DNA of 61,710 nucleotides from Eubacteriales Family XIII. Incertae Sedis bacterium (GTDB lineage Bacteria; Bacillota; Clostridia; Peptostreptococcales; Anaerovoracaceae): NCBI GenBank assembly GCA_031266795.1, contig JAISAI010000082.1, positions 1 to 61,710 of the forward strand, read 5' to 3'. Shown piece by piece: positions 8,012 to 17,798 of this stretch (position 1 is its first letter; each line of letters starts with the position of its first letter). The notes under the pieces were generated by a model. It saw only the letters and a program-made list of their open reading frames with translations, ran no database searches and was not told where the DNA came from. The position numbers and the translations under genes were made by a program.

Positions 8012-10402
8012 ATGAAGGTGTTGAGAAGGGTAGGATTTATAGCGATCATTCTTTTCGTTTCGATTGTGTCCCTCTACATACTGTCGCCTTTCATTACGCC
8101 CACGATCCAAAACTCGTCTTCGCTGATCGCGTCGGACGGAAAGGGTGGCGTATATATGTCCGAGGCCGATCGCTATTATTCGTTCGTGTATCACATGGAT
8201 GAGAACGGCACGGTGGACGCATGCCTGAAGATACCCGACTATGTGACGCAGGCAATCCGGTTCGATGACTCTCTCTACTTCATCGGAGAGTCGGAATATT
8301 TCGGCGAGGAGCCCGCCAAGTGGACGCTATACGAGGCGAACGCTTCGCTTGACGAGTATAAGGTGGCCGCAAGCGGCGGATACGGCTTGATCCAGACTAT
8401 CTACAAGCTCTCGTCCGACGCTGAAAACATCTATCTGACGGCAATGTCCGACGAAAATTCATATGTCTGCGTCCTGTCGTGGACGCCGGGGAAGAAGGCG
8501 GAAGACAGTGGTGATATGTCCACGGCGCAAAAGGCGTTGGAATATCAGACGGGCGGCCTGGATATATTCGCACAGATCCCCCTGAAAAAAGGCGACGTGG
8601 CGATAGACGCGGTGTGCGACGGTGAATCCGTCTATGCATGGCTCGAAAACGGCGCCATCGCGCGCATGCAAGAAATCGAAACGACCTATATGAGCGAGAT
8701 ATATTTGGACATAGTGTTGTCGTGTGAAGACGGCATAGTGTCTTTCGCGGACAACGTCGAACACAAGCTGTGGCTACAGCGCGAGTTTCTCGATTTCGAC
8801 CTCGCGCGCGCCTATGACGGCAGGGATGCGAGGGCGCTGACAATCTGGGACGGCCACGTCGCGCTTTTGGCGATCGGCGCGGCCGACCGGGCTGAGATCT
8901 CGTTCTCCGCGTTCGGAACCGGCGCGGTGTGGAGTGATGTCACGGACATAAAGCTTTTGAGTGCTATGGACCTCGTTTTTGTGAGCCCCAAAGCTGATGA
9001 AATCAATATCATTGTAATCTTCATCGCCTCGATCATCATTCTCGCCGCCGCATTCTCTATATTTAGCGGGCGACCCGTAATACGAGTGAGCGCAACTTTC
9101 ATCGTTCTCGGCGCCTTTATGCTTGCCGTGATGTGTTTCGCGGTCTGGTATGCGGTGGAACTCGCTATATCCACAGAGGCGAATACCTTCGCCGATCCGT
9201 TGAATAGAGCCGATATAATCGCTGACGAAAAGAACTTGCAAATCGAGGCTATGTTCGACGCTTTCATACCCGGAGTCATCGGCTTAGCCGTCGCCACGGT
9301 CGCCGCGATCATCTCCATTCGCTGGTCGCTGCGCCCGCTGCGCGCGTTGGCGCGCCAGATCGACCGCTTTACCCAAGGGGACTTCGAAGTGGACGGGACG
9401 GTCAGGGCAAAGGGGGAACTGGGGAACATCCACAGGGCGGTGTCGGAGATGGGCGTATCGCTCGCGATCAAGCAGTATGAGACAGACCGTATGATCAACT
9501 CGTTCCACCGCTTCGCGCCGCGCGGCGTCAGCAAGCTGCTCGGGCGGGCGGGGATCATGGAGATAAGCAGCGGCGACGTGACGACGATCGACGACTGCGT
9601 CGCCATCGTATCCGTCGAAAACCGCGAGAAGGTGTTGCGCGGGACGGACAACAGCCGCTTCATGACCTTTGTGAACCTCTGCTTCTCAAAGATTTACGAA
9701 TGCGTGAACAATCACAACGGGTTGCTGCTTTCCGGTGATTTTGACCTCTCGTCCCTGCCCGTGCTGTTCTCCCTGCGCGGGGGGTCGAGCCGCGGCGACG
9801 CGCTGCGCTTCGGCTTGGATCTCATCGACCATATGGGCGACGGCCAGGTCGGCGCGCACGACGAGGAGAGCGGCTTGCCGTCGCCGGCCTTCTTCCTCAT
9901 GCTACATAAGACGGAATTTATCTACGGCATTGCCGGCACGGAGCAAAAGGCCTTTCCTTTCGTTTCGTCCGCGGAGCTGAACTTCTTGGGAACGTACAAC
10001 AAGAGGCTCTGGTCCCTCGGCATCCGCATGGTCGCCACGGAACAGTTCATCGAAGAGCTCTCAAAATATGGCGTCGCGATCGAAAGCCTGACGCCGTGGC
10101 GCTACATCGGCCTCTTCTCGACGGAGGACGGCGCGAAGAATTACAAGCTGTACGAGATGTTGGGCTGCTTTTCCGACAAGGAGCGCGACCTGCGCCTGAA
10201 CTACAACGAGCGCTTGCAAAGCGCCATACGCCTCTTTTACAAAAATGATTTTTATCCGGCCATGGTGGAGTTTTCCTCCCTATTGAAGCTCAACCCAAAG
10301 GACGGCCTCGTGAGATGGTATGTGTTCGCGTGTGAGAAATATTTCAACGAAGGCGATGTGACGAAGGTGCGTTACAACCTCTTCGGCGCGGAGGAGGAGT
10401 GA
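8012..10402 (+). CDS. multi-pass membrane signalling protein: extracytoplasmic domain, HAMP, degenerate class III cyclase-homology domain, TPR-like tail
   Basis: N-terminal TM, a ~300-aa outside domain, then three further TM helices. HAMP segment: IRWSLRPLRALARQIDRFTQGDFEVDG...GELGNIHRAVSEM. Cyclase-like blocks: FAPRGVSKLL, VAIVSVEN (in place of FxDIxGFT), LLLSGDFD, FIYGIAGTEQ. The tail AIRLFYKNDFYPAMVEFSSLLKLNPKD is TPR-like. Confidence 0.7.
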   Translation: MKVLRRVGFIAIILFVSIVSLYILSPFITPTIQNSSSLIASDGKGGVYMSEADRYYSFVYHMDENGTVDACLKIPDYVTQAIRFDDSLYFIGESEYFGEEPAKWTLYEANASLDEYKVAASGGYGLIQTIYKLSSDAENIYLTAMSDENSYVCVLSWTPGKKAEDSGDMSTAQKALEYQTGGLDIFAQIPLKKGDVAIDAVCDGESVYAWLENGAIARMQEIETTYMSEIYLDIVLSCEDGIVSFADNVEHKLWLQREFLDFDLARAYDGRDARALTIWDGHVALLAIGAADRAEISFSAFGTGAVWSDVTDIKLLSAMDLVFVSPKADEINIIVIFIASIIILAAAFSIFSGRPVIRVSATFIVLGAFMLAVMCFAVWYAVELAISTEANTFADPLNRADIIADEKNLQIEAMFDAFIPGVIGLAVATVAAIISIRWSLRPLRALARQIDRFTQGDFEVDGTVRAKGELGNIHRAVSEMGVSLAIKQYETDRMINSFHRFAPRGVSKLLGRAGIMEISSGDVTTIDDCVAIVSVENREKVLRGTDNSRFMTFVNLCFSKIYECVNNHNGLLLSGDFDLSSLPVLFSLRGGSSRGDALRFGLDLIDHMGDGQVGAHDEESGLPSPAFFLMLHKTEFIYGIAGTEQKAFPFVSSAELNFLGTYNKRLWSLGIRMVATEQFIEELSKYGVAIESLTPWRYIGLFSTEDGAKNYKLYEMLGCFSDKERDLRLNYNERLQSAIRLFYKNDFYPAMVEFSSLLKLNPKDGLVRWYVFACEKYFNEGDVTKVRYNLFGAEEE

Positions 10403-10418
10403 GAAGAGACGAGAGATA

Positions 10419-11636
10419 ATGGGTAAGATTTTCAGTACAATCTTCGTCGCATTCAGGAGCCGGTTGGTTCGGGTCTTTTCGCTCCTGCAATTCATCACAA
10501 ACCCGTCGTGGTGGAAGACGCAGGGCATCGTGCGCCTGCGCATGTTCTTCACGAAGCTGTTCGACATCCGGCCGCGCCACAAGGACGACTACTACGGCAT
10601 GACCCGCTGGTTGGTCAGCAAGCGCTTGGCTTTCGCCATCGTGATCGTCGTCGGCGTGGCGAGCCTGTTCTACATCCTCGCGTTTTCGCCCGTCGCCGTG
10701 ATCGGCAAGGTCGCGAACGCGGCGCTGCCCGTGTTCAAATACAATTCCCTGCCCCTGCGCTTCTACGAGGGCTCCGCGCGCATCGCGGCGCGCGACGGGC
10801 ACATCGCGTACGAGGGCGCGGTCAAGCGCGGCGTCGTGTCGGGCAAGGGGCAGCTCTTCGGCAAGGGCGGCGAGGCGATATACGAGGGCGCGTTTGAAAA
10901 CAACATGTACAACGGCGCGGGCCTCCTGTACTTCACGAACGGCGGGATCAGGTACGAGGGCGAGTTCCTGAACAACAGCATGAACGGGCAAGGCAAGCTG
11001 TTCTCAAGCTCGGGCTCCCTTCTGTACGAGGGCGAATTCCTGAGGGATAGGAAGAACGGCGCCGGCACGCTGTACAATGCGGCCGCCACGAAGATATATA
11101 ACGGTAATTTCGCGTTAGACCGGATTCAGTATGAGGAGTTTGCGGGCAAGAACGTGTCGGAAATGGCGGAGATATATCTCGGGGAGGAAGAGATCTACAC
11201 GTCGGGCGACGAGTTCGTCGTGTTCATGAAGGAGATCGGCGCGGTCTGCGCTGTCGAGAGCGCCGAGACTGACCTCGAGGGCGAGGGCAAGATCAGCAGC
11301 GTCACCGTCCTCGACGACAAGATAACTATCGGGGGCGAAGAGTTCGACTCCCTATCGGATCTGACCGCCCACTTCGTCAAGGCCGACTACGAGGGCTACA
11401 CGTGGGCCATGCTCCCCGACGCCGTCGCCGTGAACGCGCTCGGCGAGGATTCGCCGTTCGGGGCCATCAAAATCACGTCCGAAAAGCTGTTCGAAAGCGT
11501 GAGCAGCGTGAGCGACTACGACGGCAACGTGGAGCTCTATGTGCACGCCTACAAGTCCGACGGCATACTCTATACGTTCTACTGCCCGGACATCGCGGTT
11601 AAAAATTTTGTAATGTATTCGGTAGAGGTAGTGTAA
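10419..11636 (+). CDS. membrane-anchored MORN-repeat protein
   Basis: TM helix LAFAIVIVVGVASLFYILAF. At least 4 tandem MORN units (YEGAVKRGVVSGKGQLF, YEGAFENNMYNGAGLLY, YEGEFLNNSMNGQGKLF, YEGEFLRDRKNGAGTLY). Confidence 0.75.
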   Translation: MGKIFSTIFVAFRSRLVRVFSLLQFITNPSWWKTQGIVRLRMFFTKLFDIRPRHKDDYYGMTRWLVSKRLAFAIVIVVGVASLFYILAFSPVAVIGKVANAALPVFKYNSLPLRFYEGSARIAARDGHIAYEGAVKRGVVSGKGQLFGKGGEAIYEGAFENNMYNGAGLLYFTNGGIRYEGEFLNNSMNGQGKLFSSSGSLLYEGEFLRDRKNGAGTLYNAAATKIYNGNFALDRIQYEEFAGKNVSEMAEIYLGEEEIYTSGDEFVVFMKEIGAVCAVESAETDLEGEGKISSVTVLDDKITIGGEEFDSLSDLTAHFVKADYEGYTWAMLPDAVAVNALGEDSPFGAIKITSEKLFESVSSVSDYDGNVELYVHAYKSDGILYTFYCPDIAVKNFVMYSVEVV

Positions 11637-13705
11637 TGGTGGGCGGGCGCGTTTTGAGAAAATTGATTGCGGGTGTGCTCGCGCTTGTGGCTGTGACGTC
11701 GTATCCCGCCTTTACGGACGATGTGGCGGATGTTTCCGCCGCGGCCCTGACGCCGTTCACCCTGACGCAGGCCGAGAGCATGGCGCTGTCCGCCAGCCCC
11801 GAAATCAAGAAGGTGTACAGCCAGATATTATTGAAGAAAATCAATTACACGGACTCGGTCACGGCCACGCAGGTCAAGCTGAAGGACAAGCAGACGCTGC
11901 GATGGACGCCTCTTCTCTCGTTCAAATTCCCGGAGAAGCTGAACATGACGGACGAGATGGAAATGAACGTGAAGCCGCTGTCCTTGACGTCCGAGATCGT
12001 GACCTTGCAGCACCAGATGAACGACGAGCGCTACGCCGTGTTGGCGAAGGTCAGGAAAGCGTACTTCGACACGTATATCCTGCATGAACGCTCCAACTAT
12101 ACGCAGCAGATGCTCACGGGCGCGCAGGAAAATCTCGCGCGCAACAAGTCGCGGCTCTTGGTCGGCAGGGCGAACCAGAGCGATGTGGACACGATACAAA
12201 GCTCCGTCACAAAGCTGAACAGCGACCTTTCGCAGCAGCTCAGGGAGTACCAGAGCGCGAAATCAAACCTGTCGGACATCGTGAAGCTCAACGTCACGAC
12301 GGGCTATCGCTTCCTGAATCCTCTGAGGGACGCGGACTTCTCGCGCGACCAGCTCCTCGGCGTCGTGAACCATACGCTGAACGAGGATCAGGGCGTCTAC
12401 GCCGCGCGCGCCGCCGAGACGCTCGCCCTGCTCACGCTGAACACGACGGAGCGGCTCATGCGGAGCAAGTACGGCGGCAATATGGATCGGCTCAACTCGT
12501 TCATCTCGCTCGCCAGACAGGGTGGGGATGTGGACTACGCGGCCTTCCAGATCCAGTATAGGCAGATGCTGACGGCCGTCGACTCGCGTTGGGCGGGCTC
12601 GATAAGGATCATCTTCTTCCGCTTTTCAAGGGAATTCCTCAAGGGGCAGATCGACGGCACGCGCTATATAGAGGATGAGCCCTACGCGCTGTACACCGCG
12701 TGCATGGAGTACGCGTCGGCGCGCTCGGACAGGATCCAAGCCGAATCCGACCTGAGAAAGCAGGTGAACACCGACTACGAGGCGCTCGTCACGGCGCGAA
12801 ACGCGTCAAACGGCCTTGCGGACAGCGTGGCGGAGGCAAAGACGTCCTTGGATAGGCTGCTCACGCTGAACCGTATCGGCAAAGCGGAGTTCTCCGAAGT
12901 GCAAGGGCAGCTCGACGACTACCAGTCCCTGCAGCTCGACGCCTTGGACGCGCTGTCCGCGTACAACGACCTGCTCACCTCATTCGACAGGCTGACCTGC
13001 GGCGCTGTTTCGATGTATTTCACGGGGAAGAATTTCGCGGCTGACGTCGGCGGCGGGGCGCTCAGCTATCCGACGGAGGACGGGCAGATATGGTACTACC
13101 TCTACAACGACGTGGCGGATCTGACCTTCGTATTCGGCCTCGACGTGCCTGACGACTTTTCGCCTGAGGTCACGGAGTACGAGCTCTGGTATGAAACCGT
13201 GAATCTCAGCGGGCGCGTCGAGGCTTCGGAACTATTCAGGCATCTGACGCTCGACTACGGCGACACGAGCAGACTGATCGTAAAGCTCTTCGGCGACGAC
13301 GGCTATGTCGGGGAATGTGAGATAGACACGACCATACCGCGCGCGCCGCTGCCCTTGGCAAACGAGGCGAACGCGCCGCCTGTGGCTGCGGAGCAGACCA
13401 TCGGAAGCTACCGCGTCGAAACGAAGATCGTCGGCACGGTGGGCGCGTCCATGCTGACGCCGGAGTTTGACGCCCGCGTAAAGGCCCGGTACTACAAGCT
13501 ACAGTACGGCGGCGACGATGTGGTGAACAGCGACCTCGTCCCCGTCGGCGAGGGCTTCAACTATCTGTCGCTGCTCGTCAAAGACCTGTCCAACGTGGAT
13601 ATTTTCGTGTTCGACAGCAACGAAACCCAGATATGCAAGGCATCCTTCAACGTCGTCGACGAAACCATCAGGACGACGGACAAATTGCCGGACGGGGGGA
13701 ATTGA
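11636..13705 (+). CDS. secreted TolC-like (outer membrane efflux protein family-like) coiled protein with an extra ~200-aa C-terminal domain
   Basis: Signal peptide LIAGVLALVAVTSYPAF. FTLTQAESMALSASPEIKKVYSQI plus two long heptad-rich halves resemble the OEP/TolC pattern. The start ATG overlaps the upstream TAA by 1 nt. Confidence 0.5.
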   Translation: MVGGRVLRKLIAGVLALVAVTSYPAFTDDVADVSAAALTPFTLTQAESMALSASPEIKKVYSQILLKKINYTDSVTATQVKLKDKQTLRWTPLLSFKFPEKLNMTDEMEMNVKPLSLTSEIVTLQHQMNDERYAVLAKVRKAYFDTYILHERSNYTQQMLTGAQENLARNKSRLLVGRANQSDVDTIQSSVTKLNSDLSQQLREYQSAKSNLSDIVKLNVTTGYRFLNPLRDADFSRDQLLGVVNHTLNEDQGVYAARAAETLALLTLNTTERLMRSKYGGNMDRLNSFISLARQGGDVDYAAFQIQYRQMLTAVDSRWAGSIRIIFFRFSREFLKGQIDGTRYIEDEPYALYTACMEYASARSDRIQAESDLRKQVNTDYEALVTARNASNGLADSVAEAKTSLDRLLTLNRIGKAEFSEVQGQLDDYQSLQLDALDALSAYNDLLTSFDRLTCGAVSMYFTGKNFAADVGGGALSYPTEDGQIWYYLYNDVADLTFVFGLDVPDDFSPEVTEYELWYETVNLSGRVEASELFRHLTLDYGDTSRLIVKLFGDDGYVGECEIDTTIPRAPLPLANEANAPPVAAEQTIGSYRVETKIVGTVGASMLTPEFDARVKARYYKLQYGGDDVVNSDLVPVGEGFNYLSLLVKDLSNVDIFVFDSNETQICKASFNVVDETIRTTDKLPDGGN

Positions 13706-13706
13706 T

Positions 13707-16334
13707 ATGAGAAGAACCACTTGGAACGAGGAAAAGACGCCGAAGCGTATGCGGAAGATCGTCCTTGCCGGCGTCGCGCTCGCCGCGCTCCTGTTCGTGC
13801 TGTCCCCGCCGTTCGCTGATTTTGTCGGCGCGCTGTGGAACGAGGAGGAAGCCGTCCACGTCGATCCGCCTACGATCGAAAACGGCACGCTCGCGATCGG
13901 GGCGCATCTCGTGCATATCAAAGCGCTGACGGAAGACCTCTACAATATCGCGACGGAATCCGCAGGGGAATCAGGGCAAAACAGGATATATTACAAGTCG
14001 GAACTGAACGGCGGCGCGTGGTGCGACATTACGGAAGCGGACTCGCTCGCGGCCATATCGACCGCATACGCGGACCCGAACGGCAACTCCCCTATTACCG
14101 TGGTGAACGATTCCGTGATCGAGGCGCTGTTCTTCCTGTACCACACGAAGTCGGACGGCATCACCTACGACCTGCGCGACGGCAATGCCGTCAATCTGTT
14201 CGGCCTGACCGACCCTTACGACCTGCAGCTCATGCCGGAGCTCGAGCCGTTGAAGCTCCAATATGACCTCTATACGCAGATGCAGGCGGGCACGGAGGAC
14301 GGCGACGCGAGGATCGAGCGCATAGACCTGTTCTGGGGCACGGACGTGCATACGGAAAATTCGAACCAATACGATCTCGACCTCGAAGCGCTGCAATCGT
14401 ACTACACGCTCGTCGGGCAGGATGAGGACGCGAACGACAAACTTGCGGCTATACAGGGCGTCATGTCCTCCGTGGACGCCGCGCGCAGGGCCGAGACGCT
14501 CGGGATCGTCGAAACGACGCTGACGGGCTTCGTCGAGGAAGTCCAGTCGACGACGACAGCGGCGTTCACGGACGCCGACCTGAGGACGGCGCTCAACGAC
14601 AGCCTGCTCAATGTGCAGACCTCCCTGACGGAGCAGGAGGGCAGGATGCTGTCGCAGGGCGTCACGGAGCTGTCGAACGTGCGCTATACCGCGTCGATGT
14701 CCCTCATACAGCACGCGAAAGACGGGGATAATGCGGCCTGTGGCGTCGATGTGGCAAAGCTGATCGACCTGACGAATATAGAGAGCGGCAGCATCGTCAA
14801 TCAGGAATCCGAGGCGTCGCTGCTTTCGGGTGAGTTGATCCCGGGCGCGACGCAGCGCCTGACCGCCCTGCTCTACGCGGGCGAAAACGCCGAATACGCC
14901 GCCGCCGGGAGCGCGGGCGCCGTGGACGCCGTACTGCGCGCCGTTGCGACGGAAGCCCTTGCCGGCATGAACATGGCGCGCGGTGAGCTCGAATCGTTCA
15001 TCTCCGGCTACGCGAGGCGCGTCAACGCGGAGGACAGCGTCACATTCGTCGACGCGCGTATCACGCTGACGACGGATTGGTTTGACGGCATACCGAACGA
15101 CGCTTTCTTCGAAAACTCGTCCTCCTGCGTGAACGACCATATCGAATTCCTCACGAACCTGAAAAGGCAGCTCGAAATAGCCTTGGGCGGCTCCGAGCTC
15201 GATCAACTCATGGAGCAAAAAGCCGCCGCCCAGACCGAATACATGGATGCGCTCGACAGGAACGATCTGGCGGGCGCCAAGGCAGCCGAGGATAAGATCG
15301 CGGGCATCGACGCGCAGATCGCGGCTATCGAAAACGAGACAAACGCGCAAATATCAAATCTGGAACGCGAGATAAACGGCCTTGAGGCGTCGATGAACGA
15401 CGCGGGCAGCGACGAGGCGAAAGCAAACCTCAGCCGCAGGCTTGATATGACGAACGCGGAGCTGAGGGCATTGACCGCGAGCCTGTCGCCCGACTCCGTA
15501 GGCAACCTCGTCTCTTCAACGCGCGGCGACGCCTTGGACATCATCAGCAACGGCGGCAACACGGCGGAGCTGAGCTCCATCATAGATTCGCTCGGCGGCA
15601 TGCTCGACATGAACTTCAAGACCGTATTCCCCGCGTTGAAAGACCTGCACGACGCCATGCAGAAGCGCCACGCGCTCGAGGGGACAAACCAGTTTGCGGA
15701 TCAACTCGAAGCGGCCGGACAGCTGATTGCGGACAATCAGGCGGATTATGACGCCGCGATTTCCGGGGAAAAGAGCGCGGAAGACCTGCAGGCGCTCATG
15801 GACGGATTGGACGGCGCGGGCGGTCTGGGCGACGATACGGGGATGGGCGCCGACGGAAGGGCCGTCGCCTACATCAACGCGTTGAAGGAATACGGCGAAG
15901 CGACCGGCGGGGAGAACATACCGAACCTCATGCGCGCCGAGGCGCAGCGCCAGATGAACCTCGGCAACCCGCTCGTATACAAAAAGGCCGAAGACCCGGC
16001 CACGCGCTATTTACCCGTGACGGCGATACGGTCGTACCGCGGCATGCGCTACGTGTGGAACCGCAATCAGAACAAGGCGACGCTCGCCCGCGGCGCGGAC
16101 TATTACGCGTTCACCGCCTGGTCGGTCGACGTGCTGCGCGGCAGGAACGAAGCGGATGTGGAGGCCATGGAGAGCCCGACGAGTTTTCTCGGCGTCGTCT
16201 ACGTGCCCGAGAGCTACACGGAGGCGCAGTTTGAGTGCCATCCCGTGTACCTGCCCGATTCGGATCTCGGTATTTTGATGGGCGCGGATATACAGGAACT
16301 GTCGGATGAGTTGCTTGAGTTGTTCCTGTCGTAG
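13707..16334 (+). CDS. N-terminally TM-anchored 875-aa extracytoplasmic coiled-coil protein, unknown function
   Basis: TM helix IVLAGVALAALLFVLSPPF. Long coiled coil: KAAEDKIAGIDAQIAAIENETNAQISNLEREINGLEASM. The start lies 1 nt after the upstream stop. Confidence 0.6.
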   Translation: MRRTTWNEEKTPKRMRKIVLAGVALAALLFVLSPPFADFVGALWNEEEAVHVDPPTIENGTLAIGAHLVHIKALTEDLYNIATESAGESGQNRIYYKSELNGGAWCDITEADSLAAISTAYADPNGNSPITVVNDSVIEALFFLYHTKSDGITYDLRDGNAVNLFGLTDPYDLQLMPELEPLKLQYDLYTQMQAGTEDGDARIERIDLFWGTDVHTENSNQYDLDLEALQSYYTLVGQDEDANDKLAAIQGVMSSVDAARRAETLGIVETTLTGFVEEVQSTTTAAFTDADLRTALNDSLLNVQTSLTEQEGRMLSQGVTELSNVRYTASMSLIQHAKDGDNAACGVDVAKLIDLTNIESGSIVNQESEASLLSGELIPGATQRLTALLYAGENAEYAAAGSAGAVDAVLRAVATEALAGMNMARGELESFISGYARRVNAEDSVTFVDARITLTTDWFDGIPNDAFFENSSSCVNDHIEFLTNLKRQLEIALGGSELDQLMEQKAAAQTEYMDALDRNDLAGAKAAEDKIAGIDAQIAAIENETNAQISNLEREINGLEASMNDAGSDEAKANLSRRLDMTNAELRALTASLSPDSVGNLVSSTRGDALDIISNGGNTAELSSIIDSLGGMLDMNFKTVFPALKDLHDAMQKRHALEGTNQFADQLEAAGQLIADNQADYDAAISGEKSAEDLQALMDGLDGAGGLGDDTGMGADGRAVAYINALKEYGEATGGENIPNLMRAEAQRQMNLGNPLVYKKAEDPATRYLPVTAIRSYRGMRYVWNRNQNKATLARGADYYAFTAWSVDVLRGRNEADVEAMESPTSFLGVVYVPESYTEAQFECHPVYLPDSDLGILMGADIQELSDELLELFLS

Positions 16335-16351
16335 GCAGGTGAGAGGTAAGG

Positions 16352-16927
16352 ATGGCTGATTATTCTATCGTATCGGATGTAAGCGCGTATATCGTGCGGA
16401 CGCTCAGGGAGAGGATGTGCCCGGAGCCTATCCCGTCGCCGAACAATATCGAGGTGTCCTCGCCCGCGGAGCAGGATGTGGACTATATCCTCGGCCTGTA
16501 CCTCTACGACATCGCCGAGGAGCTCGAGGTGGCCATGCCGCCTCTGCCCAATCCCTCGAGGACGCAGCTGAAGCCGCCGCCCAAGCCCTACGCGCTCTAT
16601 TACATGCTCTTCATCAACGGCTCGTCGCAGATGGGGCTCAAGGCGCACGATATACAGAAGATCATAGGCCGCGCGGCGCAGGTCGTGAACGACGGGAGCA
16701 TTTTGGCGCCGCGGCAGATGCAGCCGTGGCTTGAGGCGGACGAAGCGCCCATATTCATCAGGCCGGCGCGCATCGCGCTCGACGAGAAAGTGCGCGTCTG
16801 GTCGGCGATCAACAAACCGTATCAGGTGAGCCTGTTTTACAAGGCCGCGCCCATCCTGCTGTCGAGCGAGATCACCATCGACACGCCGCGCGTCACAGAT
16901 GCGGAATTTAACATAGAGATCGGGTAA
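16352..16927 (+). CDS. CIS tail terminator/cap, DUF4255 (Pvc16/Afp16 N-terminal domain) protein
   Basis: SDVSAYIVRTLRERM...IEVSSPAEQDVDYILGLYLYDIAEE fits the DUF4255 N-terminal pattern. It sits at the head of the sheath-tube block. Confidence 0.75.
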   Translation: MADYSIVSDVSAYIVRTLRERMCPEPIPSPNNIEVSSPAEQDVDYILGLYLYDIAEELEVAMPPLPNPSRTQLKPPPKPYALYYMLFINGSSQMGLKAHDIQKIIGRAAQVVNDGSILAPRQMQPWLEADEAPIFIRPARIALDEKVRVWSAINKPYQVSLFYKAAPILLSSEITIDTPRVTDAEFNIEIG

Positions 16928-16938
16928 GGGGGAAACGA

Positions 16939-17703
16939 ATGGCGCCGGCAGCGACAATCAGGCATAGGGTAGACCTCGCGATGACCTTCGTCGACACGGC
17001 GAAGGGCGGCCCCGCGAGCGGCCTCCTCAAGCTGTTCCGGGATGGGGACACGCTGCCCTTCCGCCAGGATTCCGGCGGGACCGCGCTGCTTTTGGACGCG
17101 GGGCGCGAGGACTTCACGCTGCGCGTCGTCATGTCGGGCTATGAGCCTGAGGAGATGCGGGTCGCGTACGCCGACCTTGACGAACACATGCCCCACGTCG
17201 AAGCCGAGTTGATCCCTTTGGATCTCATAGGCGCGGAGCTGTTCACATTCGCGGGGGATATGCCGGGACTGACCGAGGTGGACGCGGTAAGAATCGGGCC
17301 GACGGCGTGGACGGTGCAGGAAACCGACGAGCGCAAGCGTCTGTTGACGGTGCACAGCCTGTACAACAATGACATCACGGCTAAGCGCTGCGCCCTCATC
17401 GCGGTGGACGAAAGCGCGTATGAGCCGATCGACATAGTGAAGCGCCTGTCCAAAGGCGTCTACAAATTGAGGGAAGCGCCCGGAGCGGATATATCCGGGC
17501 TGTACGTGGCCCGCAGGGTGATGGGCAAGGCGCGGGACGGGCGCTACCTGTTGCGCCTGCCCGGCGACCTCACGGGGGCGCGGTGGCTTTTGCGCACCGT
17601 GACGGCGGACGGCGCGGTGTTCCGGGCCTTTGACTCCGCCGGCGCGGGCAGGCCCCCGGACGGCGGGCGCATCCCGATAGACGCGGCAATGAAAGGAGGG
17701 TAG
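16939..17703 (+). CDS. CIS-associated hypothetical protein (N-terminal beta-sandwich, carboxypeptidase-regulatory-like)
   Basis: Lies between the DUF4255 and sheath genes. FVDTAKGGPASGLLKLFRDGDTLPF...FTLRVVMSGYEPEEM has a CarboxypepD_reg-like pattern; weak call. Confidence 0.45.
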   Translation: MAPAATIRHRVDLAMTFVDTAKGGPASGLLKLFRDGDTLPFRQDSGGTALLLDAGREDFTLRVVMSGYEPEEMRVAYADLDEHMPHVEAELIPLDLIGAELFTFAGDMPGLTEVDAVRIGPTAWTVQETDERKRLLTVHSLYNNDITAKRCALIAVDESAYEPIDIVKRLSKGVYKLREAPGADISGLYVARRVMGKARDGRYLLRLPGDLTGARWLLRTVTADGAVFRAFDSAGAGRPPDGGRIPIDAAMKGG

Positions 17704-17798
17704 CATTGCATCAAATATTATGAAAGATTTTAATGTAGGGAATATTGTTTGCGGAGAACATGAAAGGAGGAGGTCCTTGGATGTAACATCCGGACTGA

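Noticed and set aside
11636-13705. Taking the TolC-like protein as evidence that the host is diderm (outer membrane present)
   Set aside because: TolC-like (OEP-family) proteins also occur in monoderm Clostridia. Nothing else in the window (no Bam, Lpt or LPS genes) addresses envelope type. The family call itself is only moderate.
13971-15350. 459-aa minus-strand ORF inside 13707-16334. Similar shadows occur at 277-1158, 16837-17859, 18762-20066, 26303-27418, 29771-30808 and 36316-37119.
   Set aside because: All lie wholly inside well-supported + strand genes, are Arg-rich with no recognisable motifs, and lack Shine-Dalgarno sequences. They are treated as GC-driven shadow ORFs.
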